A stretch of DNA of 63,838 bases, filler included, from Craspedostauros australis (taxonomy: Eukaryota): assembly GCA_030167865.1 (NCBI GenBank). It is 17 parts of 17 records of this genome, joined end to end, with 100 filler letters (N's around TTAATTAATTAA, not from the genome) between each part and the next. Parts side by side here need not be neighbours in the genome. Positions count along the whole stretch, not along the records: positions 12,436 to 20,409 come from JALAGF010004663.1; positions 20,510 to 25,565 come from JALAGF010004664.1; 15 more parts are not named here. One strand, given 5' to 3'. Below the pieces are notes generated by a model. That model saw nothing but the letters and a program-made list of their open reading frames with translations. It had not been told where the DNA came from and did no database searches. Positions 12,798-23,600 of the stretch are shown here, piece after piece (positions within the stretch are counted from its first letter, which is position 1; each line of letters begins with the position of its first letter). The translations under genes were made by a program, and so were the position numbers.

Positions 12798-13653
12798 TGC
12801 TGCGGATGCTGCTGCGATTTCCGCAGAGCCGTCATCGTCGTCAGCATCCTTTCCCTTGTATTGGAGGTTATCGATGTGTACCTTGCCCTCGCACCTGATG
12901 ATGAGGCTGCTCCAGGGCAGGAAGAGATGGACAACGAAGAGGTCATAGTTTTCAACAAGGAAGTCAAGACGGCCTATCTCGCCATGGGCGTCATCGGTAT
13001 CATCATGGCTGGTGTGTCAATGTTCGGAGCCCTGCAATACAACGCCATTGCGGTAAGTAAATGTGTGCACTTGCTGCGGTTTGCGCCGGGTGCCCAGTCT
13101 TGGCGTTTGTTCTTTCGGTTTGGACCAGGCCCGGATGATCTTGCCGTCAGTACTGCCCATTGTCTGGCTTCCTTGATGTCATGCTTGTCGGCGCGGTCAC
13201 TCAAACATTCAGATCCAACATCAGCGCGCTCACAATCCACAAAAACTCTCCACAATCGTTTTCTTCATTCTTCCTCCCATGCAACTACGCACAACCCGGA
13301 TGGCGATACCGTCTGGTTGGTGACATACCAAACCACACCGCTCCACTCTGCTCTCTTCCACACACGACGTGGCTCGTTCGTGCGTTCAACAGGTTGGTAT
13401 CTCCGCTGCGTACTGGACTATCAACTACATCGTTGGTATCATCGTCACCGAGCAAGCGTTATCCGAAGTCGAAGACGAAACTGGAACCACCTTCAATGCG
13501 ACAAGCGGTTACGTCATCGATGCTGTCATTCTTGGGTTGTTCCTATACCCCAGCATCGGCTTCATCATGGAAGTCCGCAGTGGTGTCATGTCGCAACAGA
13601 CGTACCCCCGCGAGGGGTATTCCTGCTGCTGCACCCAAAACCGCCGCTACTAA
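12798..13653 (+). CDS. Intron-containing host gene (5'-partial) for a small multi-pass membrane protein with Cys-rich termini; exons 12798-13052 and 13393-13653
   Basis: A phase-0 intron GTAAGT(13053)...CAACAG(13392) joins 'CCGCCCDFRRAVIVV...FGALQYNAIA' to 'VGISAAYW...TYPREGYSCCC'. An upstream intron starts with GTACGT at the scaffold edge (12436) and ends at TGACAG (12797). About four hydrophobic segments. Confidence 0.8.
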
Positions 13654-13767
13654 GACCCAGGTCAGTGAGTGGACCTGCCGTTGGTAAAGTAGAGTGGCAC
13701 TTTTTCTTCGATTACAACAGAACTAAGCATACAAACCTGCTCAATATAGTCACCATAGCAACAGGAA

Positions 13768-14398
13768 TGTTAGAACGTAATCGTAGATGGGTGTGAAGGA
13801 TACCGCACCGAGAACGTAGAGTGATCAAGTCGTTGTTGTTGGTGAGGAGAGTGTTTGTTTACTGTATTATTCGTATGGTAGTAGGAATGCTGTCGAGCTC
13901 ACAAGATGGTTTCTTGAGAACTGTGAGCATGATAGAGGCATGACATGATCTCATGCAATTGCAGATGAAAATAACACGGAGACAACACGACAAATGTGCG
14001 TGTTACTGCGTGAAGATGAGGTGCAAAAGTCAATGAACAAAACACGGCGATAGCCCGTGTTGTAAATTACGTCTTCTCACGATGTTGCTAGTAGTACGAT
14101 CACACGATTGATCGTATTCACTTGAGAAGGTCAGGGCAAGATTCGCACGTGTCACACCCAAGATCCAAGACTGTCCTGATTGGGCAGATTGGCTCATCTT
14201 GGCAAGAAATCAATTTCCACGACATTTTTGGATCTGTGATTGAGGGAAAACGATTCTTGCGACGCGAAATGCGACACAAATCTGACACAACGGATTTTCG
14301 ACCAAAATTTCCGTTCGGAACGGAAAAGGTAAGAAAAGTGGATATTTCTGATTGGTCGACGGGTGTCGCTATTGTTAGAGATTTAGCGTGCGCTAATA
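13768..14398. mobile_element. Solo LTR of family Y (TGTTAG...CTAATA) with 5-bp TSD AGGAA
   Basis: AGGAA at 13763-13767 and 14399-14403. An inverted, near-identical copy lies at 17792-18423. Confidence 0.85.
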
Positions 14399-16043
14399 AG
14401 GAAAACTACCCAGAATCTCAAAGTCCATAGTTTAGGTTTTATGGACCCGTCAATGTGCTCATTTTGGGACTACTCCTAAACTTCAGCGATAGACACCCGA
14501 CAAGTTCGATCCAAAATAACGTGTTCGTGTTCTTGGTTTTGGCGAATTTGTTCACATTTTGAATTAATTAGTCCTTATTTTGTTNNNNNNNNNNNNNNNN
14601 NNNNNNNNNTCTCATCCTCGTCCGAATCGCATCCCTCACTTCTTCCGGGACCATCTCTTCGTTCTCCGCGTGCCTCCTGGTGGTGTTGGCCTCGCACCAC
14701 ATTCTATTCTCTCGCTCCTCTTCTTCCATCTCTTCCTCTTCTTCACTCTGCTGCTGCTCTGCTGGCTTCGTACCTGATGGTTCCGCGACAGTTGCGGCTG
14801 TTGCAGGCGGCGATGGTGATGGTGGTGACGATGGTGATGTCGATGCCATTTTGGTGTTGTTGTTGGTCGCACTTGGTGCCGCGGTTGTTTTCTTCGCTGC
14901 GCGCTGTGCGTTGTTGTATGCTGCGGTAAGGTACGATTTCACGCGCATTGGACTTGCGTGCAACTGGATGAACCAGTCGGTCTCTGTTCCCTCCAGCTCC
15001 ATCAATCGGCGGTGCGCTTCGTGTTCTGTTGGTCGATTTTTCGGGTCCTTTTTGGCGGCCGTGCTCATTTCATCCAATTTCTGCAGTACGTACCGTGGTA
15101 GCTCCGCGTTGGTGCGCGTTGTTTTCACTGCCCAGCCCTTCACCGTGAGTCGAGGGATTTCTGCTTCCGCGGTCTGATCTTTCAATTCCGCAGTGTGGTT
15201 GTGTGGTAGCTCTCCTTGCCCTATCTCCAATGCGTCGCGAAACACAAGCGCTTTGCTCTCCACCGCGGTAGCACCCCACTTTCGCGTCTTCTTCTTGGGT
15301 GATTCTGCTGTGAACGGTTCCTTTTCTGACGTGTGCGTCGCGATGGTGCGGACGCCCAGCTGGTTAATTTCCCAGTCTTCCCATTCAGCACATGGGACGA
15401 GAACGTCGTCTGTGACACCGGATGCCACCACCAAATTGGCCTCGTTGTTTCCGAACTTCACCTCGTGCGTTTGGCGTACCTTTTGCCCTTTCGCACAGAA
15501 GCGCTTCTTGGGCATGCCAGGGAAACTCGTGACGCGCCCTTCGAGGCATTCTGCATCCACCAATACTGTGGTCGTTCCCGCGATGTTGCCAGCTTCCAAG
15601 GTGTCAAAAAGTTGGTGTTCCGTTTTGATGTCATTGCCCTCCAGCACGTAGGCTCGCAATACAACGGTGATGTACGCAAAGTGGGTGTCGAGGCGGCCTT
15701 TACCTGTTTGGGCTTCGGTGTAGATCCAGGCTGCAATCTTGGGGACATTTCGCGTTCCAAGGTTCTTGTTGAGCACCAATGTGATCAACGGGATGTGCTC
15801 GTGGCTCGCAAAACAAGACGCGTTATCGGATTGGATGACAATTTCGGTGACCGATGGAAGAATTTTTCTCACCTGTTGTTGCACAATTTCGAGCAGCCCG
15901 CCAACTTGTAGGGTGTCTTGTGTTGGCCTCCCCTTTACGATGATATTGATGAAGCGATAAGTGAAAATGTCATTGTGACACATGATCACCATTGCACCCA
16001 ACAGAGACATGCCCTTCTTGCCCCAGTATTCTTGTTGAGCTTC

Positions 16044-16609
16044 TGTCGGAATGTGTGTACTCGGATGTGTATGCATCAGTCACACTTGCTTGCCGCCATC
16101 TAGACTATTCGGTGGCGGAATCACGACACAAAACTATGACGTCACAAGGATACCATCGCTGTACCATGAGGATACCGCGATACTACGATAGCAGGATACC
16201 GCGATACCAGCGGATACCACAGTATCCATCACACGTGACGTCATATCGAGACCTTAACTACCAGGTCTACAGGAATGAAATATGTTGTGAATATTCCATC
16301 AGATTCGATCAATCGTCAGGTTCAACAAAACCTGAGAACGGAACAACGACGAGACAACGAGAGAGAAACGACAACGTTGACGATCAGGTCAACATCAACG
16401 AGCAACATGAGAGAAATGTGCATGGAGGTGCAAGAGGATTGCACCAAGCAATGAGAGCAAGGAAGAGATGGATCAAGAGAGCATCTTGATCATCTCATTC
16501 TCCATGCTCGCTCATCAACAATCAATAGCAACAACAGTAACAGTAACAGAAACACTTTGAGAAAGAGTGTTGACTACTACCGATTCTCCGTGCGCGGAGC
16601 CTTCCAACA
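16044..16609. mobile_element. Solo LTR of family Z (TGTCGGAA...TTCCAACA) with 6-bp TSD AGCTTC
   Basis: AGCTTC at 16038-16043 and 16610-16615. Terminal inverted repeat matches at 7 of 8 bases. The insertion splits the transposase at G-E-A|Q-Q. Confidence 0.85.
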
Positions 16610-17791
16610 AGCTTCGCCTTGGCCAGTTGGAAGAATTTTCTGCTTGTGGTCGAGCACCACATGTGCACGATCCTCTCTGTTGATGATATTTTTGAGGTAC
16701 TGCTCAATTTGTCCAAATTGAACCTTGCTGCGCACTTTGTGTGCCATGTACCACAGTATTTCGTTGTTGAACCCCGGTGCGGCGTTGAGCATTGACTCCA
16801 ATTCTGTCGCATGTTCCGCAAGGTGATCCTCCATAAGCATCGTGACGAAAGGGACATATTGGTCGTCCACAAAACGCATTGACCCTGCACAACGGTTGCA
16901 TACTCCAGTGTGTTGTTTGTCTGTGGTGGCGCGAGGCTGTTCATCATTGTCAGTGGCATTGTCATTGGCAGCAGTCTCTGTCGCACGAGTGATGTCAGGG
17001 ATATCAATTGCGATGGTTGGAGCATCATTGGTGTCTGAAGGGATGTTGTTTGTTCGAGTGATCTTCTTCCTGAGCTTGTGCTTGTTCGTACGTGTTCTGG
17101 TTGGTTGGGATCGTTTGGTTGTTTTCTTCTTCTCTTCATTGGGCATGAGCGCAAATTGAGCTGAGTGCAGTGGGTCATCACACTCCATCTGCATGTGAGA
17201 GGCAGTGAATTCCCATTTAACAAAGACAACAAGAAGCTCCAACGAGTACAAAAGGGACTTTGCTGTGCGCAGCTGCTGGGAAATCGCGTCATTCTCGTCC
17301 TCGGCACCGTTTGTTGCAGGATACTTAGCCTTCAAAAGTGTGACGAGGCGCGAGATCGTGCGTTTGAGAGTTAGCATCGCCAGCAAGAAGTGACTTTCGA
17401 AGGAAGACAGCCCTGTGTTCACTTTGCCACGTCGTGTTAGTAGCTTCGTCATCTCTTTGAATGCTGGTTCGCCAACCGGGTTGAAAGTGGTAGTCTTGTA
17501 CATTTGGAATAGCGCGTTAATACTTTTGCCTCCACGATCGAAGACTGGAACGTTCTCAAATACGACTCCTTTCCATTCCACTTCGTGGCACAAGCCAGCC
17601 TTATACGTGGTCGTAGTGCAGAGAAAAGACACCACACCAGACAAAGCACACGCAGTCACACGGTATTGAAGAACTTTGGGAGGAATGGTTTCCCCGTCGC
17701 TCAGCATGTCGTGGTAACGATGCAATGTGTTATGTTGGCTTTTAGTGACACTTAATCGATTACTATGTACACGCACGCGTTGGTCCTCCGG

Positions 17792-18423
17792 TATTAGCGC
17801 AACGCTAAATCTCTAACAATAGCGACACCCGTCGACCAATCAGAAATCTCCACATTTCTTACCTTTTCCGTTCCGAACGGAAATTTTGGTCGAAAATCCG
17901 TTGTGTCAAATTTGTGTCGCATTTCGCGTCGCAGAATCGTTTTCCCGTCAAACACAGTTCCAAAATGTCGTGGAAATTGATTTCTTGCCAAGATGAGCCA
18001 ATCTGCCCAATCAGGACAGTCTTGGATCTTGGGTGTGACACGTGCGAATCTTACCAAGACCTTCTCAAGTGAATACGATCAATCGTGTGATCGTACTACT
18101 AGCAACATCGTGAGAAGACGTAATTCACAACACGGGGTATCGCGGTGTTTTGTTCATTGACCTTTTGCACCTCATCTTCACGCAGTAACACGCACATTTG
18201 TCGTGTTGTCTCCGTGTTAATTTNNNNNNNNNNNNNNNNNNNNNNNNNNNNNNNNNNNNNNNNNNNNNNNNNNNNNNNNNNNNNNNNNNNNNNNNNNNNN
18301 NNNNNNNNNNNNNNNNNNNNNNNNNACAGTAAACAAACACTCTCCTCACCAACAACAACGACTTGATCACTCTACGTTCTCGGTGCGGTATCCTTCACAC
18401 CCATCTACGATTACGTTCTAACA
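17792..18423. mobile_element. Solo LTR of family Y in the opposite orientation, with 5-bp TSD TCCGG
   Basis: TCCGG at 17787-17791 and 18424-18428. The insertion splits the transposase at L-P|E-D-Q-R-V. Confidence 0.88.
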
Positions 18424-19413
18424 TCCGGCAATCCATTGACGTATCGAGTGAGAATGTCCGTGCATGCTTTTGGAGATGCAGACTCCGCGAGAACAGCTCT
18501 CGCACAGAGGTGCATCAGTTTGCTCCCTCCAACACATATGCGGTACAGATTTGGTGCAAGCGTCAGTGGTGGCAGTGGTTGCCCACCTCGGACAAATTGC
18601 ACCACCTCATGCATCTGGCGAGTTGGTGTCGCTTCTTTTGGGAGCAACACACCCCAAAGCTCAGAAGCAATTGGCGCCCACAGCCATTTGACGTTGCACC
18701 AGACTTGCTTGTTGTGTTTTCCACCCAGTGCGAATCCTGTCTTCGGCATGGAGTCGAACACTTTCGGAGATAGGCCAGACTTAACCAAACCTGCGACGCG
18801 GACCAACGCATCACGACGCCATCCTCTCGCCGTTTTCTGGATGATTCTGTTGCAGCCTGTTCGTTTCTTCCTGCGATCACGGCCATCCACGTAGTCGTCG
18901 TCGCTGTCAACATCAACTTGCTCGGAAGCGCCTCCAGCGACAGCGTTTGCGTGTCGTGCAGTGCTTGCGCGGGTAGTTGGTCTGGCAGGAGACTCAACAG
19001 GAGGTGGCACATTCACACTGATGTCTACCACTGTGATAGCACCGACACCTTGTCCAACCGTACGCAGTGTGACCGTTGGTGTATCAAAGATGACACCAGC
19101 CGCACTGGACAGGCGCACGTCAACACGCAGGTTAGCGGCATCGACATGCGCCAAAGTTGGAACAAGGTTGCTGTCCACCAGAAGCATCGGCTTCACCTCG
19201 ATCGTGTGAGTGATGTCAGTGGGCTTCCGCAATCCAGTAGACAGCTTGTCAGGCAACAGCTGCTCACGAGTAGGTGCCAAGTTGCCCTCCGAATCAAAAG
19301 GAGAATCGAGAGGGGCAGCACAGGAACGAGGCTTCTTACGAGGAGATGGGGTTTCGCCCTTGATTGTTGCTTTGGCGGGGATGGAGGACATGGTGTTGAT
19401 GGTAGCAAAGGAG

Positions 19414-19414
19414 G

Positions 19415-19447
<33 letters not shown>
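19414..19447. repeat. (GATT)n microsatellite just upstream of the transposase start
   Basis: Tandem GATT units read directly. Confidence 0.9.
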
Positions 19448-20247
19448 CGATGAATGGCACTGTAGAACGCTGAATGAAAGCGGGTGGAGGAGGTGATGCC
19501 GAAGGAGGTGTTGGATGCAGCAGCGAGAACAACAACTGCCAATGTCACTAGTGCTCTCACTACTCATACTACAACCGCAGCACAACAGGTACAATGGGCA
19601 TCGCATCGGCGGAGGCACCTTTGGAATGAAGCAAAAAGTGTGACGGTTTTTGTGTCTGCGTGGCGACGATGCGTGCGTGCGCATGTGACGATGTGTGTGA
19701 TGTCCACAAGCGGAAAATGTCAATCGATTCCGGAGCAGCTAACGGTGTATATGAGCCTGATCAGTGAGTCGACCAATCGTTTGAAATGGACATTCTAACT
19801 TTTCATCTGCGATATCCAAACCAAGCACATCTTCGTATTCCTTATAATCTCATTATAAATAATTAACCGATCGATTTTTGATGTATATCCTGTTTTAAAT
19901 TTTATGGATCGATCTATATGTTCATTCTAGTCGCGTGGATCCAACAGCACAAAACCCGTTGTTTTTCGCCGAAGGTTCTATGCTGTTCCCATGTATTTAT
20001 CGTGAGGTGATCAGTCACGGACTTGCTTCCGAAGGTCTCAGTCGTTTGGTACGCGTTAATTACACGTTAGCATGTGGTGCATGATTCCACATTCTGCTCG
20101 TCACAAAACACATGACACAAAACACGTCACACAAAACACATCATCTCCATCATTTCGCAAAATCGCGCCACACTTTGGCTCCATTCACAACTTTCCTCGC
20201 CGATGCCCTGCACACTCGCCCTTTCGCTCCATGCCCGTTCTTGTCAG

Positions 20248-20320
20248 AGTAGTAGTGGCAGTAGTAGTGGCAGTAGTAGTGGCAGTAGCAGTAGCAGTAG
20301 TTGTTGTTGTTGTTGTTGTT
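20248..20320. repeat. Compound GTA/GTG/GCA and (GTT)n microsatellite
   Basis: Tandem trinucleotide units read directly. Confidence 0.9.
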
Positions 20321-20644
20321 GCTTTCTGGTTTGCCTTTCATCGGATGCTCTCCTTGCTCACTTCGTCTCAGACCAGTGCACACCATCGCATCCACCTAGC
20401 AAACAACACNNNNNNNNNNNNNNNNNNNNNNNNNNNNNNNNNNNNNNNNNNNNTTAATTAATTAANNNNNNNNNNNNNNNNNNNNNNNNNNNNNNNNNNN
20501 NNNNNNNNNATCGTCACATTTTGGTTGCATTCGGGATGTACCTGCTGCATGCCCCACATGTGGACACCACAGGGCGCTCATCCCACCAGTCATAGGCAGA
20601 GCCCATGACCGACCACCCATGGGTACTGTCGCGCAGCGCCGAGG

Positions 20645-23600
20645 TCAGAAGAGGACCCGTTGTGCTTGTTCTTTTCGTCTCGGTCCTTGTTGTTGTTTCG
20701 TGAGCATGTCGGACAGATTGGTATCCGATGGTTCATGTTGGACCACCAGGATGCCCGCGGCGATGCTTTCTCGGACGAAATGGTATGCGATGGCATTGGC
20801 TTTCTTCCGCAATTGTGATTCTGGTAGTGAGGAATTGTATACCACACTCTGATTGTCGACCCGTACGTCCGCCGGGCCATCCAGTGGAATGCCCATCATG
20901 CGAAGCTTGTATCTCATGCCGATGATGATTTCGGTTGCGACCTTGAGTGCTGTGAACTCGCTGCCGAATGTGGATGTCTCAATGCTGTTCTGTTTCTTGC
21001 TGTACCACAGTATCGGTGATGTATTCAAGAATAAAAGCACACCAGTGCGTGAACGTCGCGTGACGCGGTCACCTGCATGATCAGCATCAACAAAACATGT
21101 CATTTGAACCTCCTTCCCGCGCGGCGATGGCATGTCAGCAGGCAATTGCTCATGAGCATCAGGGTAGAAATCGTTCCAGTTGGGTTGCATCACAGGCGGT
21201 TTGTCAATGTATGCATCGTCAAAAACAAGGCGAGAACGATCGTGAGATTTGAGGTATGCGAACATATGAAAGAGAGCATGCAAGTGACCAATTCGTGGCG
21301 CAACACAGTACGATGCCATCATTGAGGTCTCGCAGCAAATGTCGATTCGTCCAAGCTCCACAGTCCAACGCAGTATACCAATGAGTTGCTGGTAGAATGT
21401 CATTTGTTCGGAGTCACACAATTGTGATCCATCCAATTCCGGTCGGTACTTGTTCGGTAGGACGCTGGGTGCTTTCGTCTTGAGCCTCAGATTGTGGTCG
21501 GTGAGATATTTGGTGACAATCTTGAGAGCGGACTTGATGTATTCTTGTGAGCCCATGCTCCATTTGGGGCGTGACGGATCGGCAGTGAGGTGAAATTGTG
21601 AGATGGTCGATCCAAGATATGTTGTAGGCGGGCCAATGGAACTCGGTTTGAGGAAAAAGTGTGAGTCAATCGCATCAAGGATGCGTCGTGGTTGTTTGGA
21701 TACAGCGAGAATGTCGTCGGTGTACACGAGCACGTATTCGTAATATTCTGACCCATCGCTCGCAACTGCAGGCTTCATCCAGACGTCGCTGTCGGCACGA
21801 CAGGATGTGAATCCCAACGAATCGCGCAGTGTCTCTGCTAAGTGTGCTCTCCATGCTGCTCCACTCGACTTCAATCCGTATAGGGCCCGACAAATGATTG
21901 CGATCTTCCCCTGGTCGGATCCAAACTCGGGACCGCATCGTGTGTATATGCGTTCTCGACATGGAGCATTGAGATATGCATTCTGAACATCTGCGGCAAG
22001 AATGTCCAGGTCATTGAGTGCGGCGATCAAGAACGCAATGCGTACGCTTTCGCGTGACACCACACTTGCGTATGTGATTGTTGCAGGTGCTTCCGTCATG
22101 TGTCCCCCAGCGACAAGTCGCGCCTTTCTTGTGAGGTCCACCTTGACGGCGAATATCATGTGGCATTCCATGTATTGGTAGCCCACAGGGTCGGGAGTGT
22201 CCAGTTCCTTGATATCAAACGCTGGTCGCACGGCCTTCATTTCTTTCGCAATAGCTTGTCGCCACAGATCCGTGCCTGTAGCCGCGTCGATTGCGAGTGC
22301 GTGGCGCACTGACGTAGGGAGCTCCACGCCGAACATCTCATTCTTTCGGACGTGTCGCCGCTTCGTTGCCATGATGATGCGTTGTCGTTTGCGTAGGGTG
22401 TGTGGTACCCACCACTTGAATGCGGGTTCGTTGACGAGCTTGTTGTCTGCAGCGTATTCGGCAACGCGTACGGGGTCGGCTTCTTTTGCGTCGCGTAGGT
22501 GGATCCAGGATGTGGACCCGTCCTTCCATCGGATGCAGAGCTTCCAGCCTTTTGTGGATTTGGAATGGGGAGAAGGAGAAGAAACAGAGGGCAAGCGTTT
22601 GTGGTCGATGATTTCATCCATCAGCATAGTTGTATATCCGTCGTCGTCAATGCGCGCGTAGATGTTCTCTGCGATTTGATTGGCGCTGAACACCTCGTGG
22701 TGTCCATCAATGAATTCGACTTCGTATTGGGCGGTGTCAAGCATAGGATTCGGATGAGAGCGGCCGATGAGGTTGCCTTCTGTGTCTCGTTTGCGTTGTT
22801 TGACTGTTCCATGTTGCATTTCGTCCCCTGTCGGCAGAATGACCTTGGTTGCAATGTATTTGTCGAAGGTGGCACTATCGACATCGTCTGGCTCCACGAT
22901 TGGTTCCAGTGGTTCGGTGTTCTGTAGGATGGCGATGTCTGCTGTAGTATCGTCAACGTCGTCGCCGTCGTCGTCAATTGTGATGCCCTCCATTCGTTGC
23001 TTCCATTTGGATCGAAGTGTGTCCATGAATTCATTGCATTTGTGTGTGATGACGTCGCTGTGTGTATCGTCGTGAGAGAGAGGCAAAACAGAGGATTTGG
23101 AGACAACAACGCCATTGGCAGTGAGGATGTACGAGCACATTGCATCACCAACAGAACGACTTGGTCCAAGGTATCGACCAAGCTGCTTGACGTTCATGGA
23201 TGCGTCTTGAATGTTGATATACCACACAAAGTCAAACCAGCCGAATTCAGCAATGTGAGAGATGTCAGCAGTGTCACCGGACAAGATGGTGGCCGGTGTC
23301 TCGCCGTGAAGATCATGAATGGCGAGTGCAGTGTGACTGCGTATCTCGGCACAGTACTCGAAGCAGTAGTCCCACAAATACTCTGGTGTATCGGTCGAGG
23401 TCATCAGCCGTCGATAGTGGCGCCGAAGCTCACGAATGGTTGCTTCTGCTTTGTTCTGATTGTGGATGTATGCTTCGATCGGTCGGATGGAAACTTGTGC
23501 TTTGTATAGTTTGCGACGGAATTCGCCAGCGACGAGCTCCTTGGCGTTATCAGGAATGATGGTGTGTGGGATGCCATGATCACGAAACAGTTCGTCGAGT

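Larger units (their letters stand above)
14568..19391 (-). pseudogene. Sola3-like DDD/E transposase (about 1204 aa) interrupted by two solo LTRs
   Basis: Motifs VLDHKQKILP, EAQQEYWGKKGMS, QSDNASCF and TEAQTGKGRLD parallel the Sola3-type pattern DWAMKFLP / RExQxDWFGKRG / RSDNAGCY / SEPQxGKxxCD as I recall it. Removing 17792-18423 and 16044-16609 plus one TSD copy each gives a single 3615-nt open frame. A paralog at 57971-59319 is uninterrupted across the first insertion site. Confidence 0.8.

Noticed and set aside
13768..18423. Interpretation as one DNA transposon with 630-bp TIRs around a transposase
   Set aside because: Each repeat has its own TSD, and the transposase ORF continues beyond the right-hand copy.
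19800..20070. Search for Sola3-type long TIRs or a TTAA TSD matching 13654-14567
   Set aside because: No convincing inverted match found by eye, so the element ends were left undefined.
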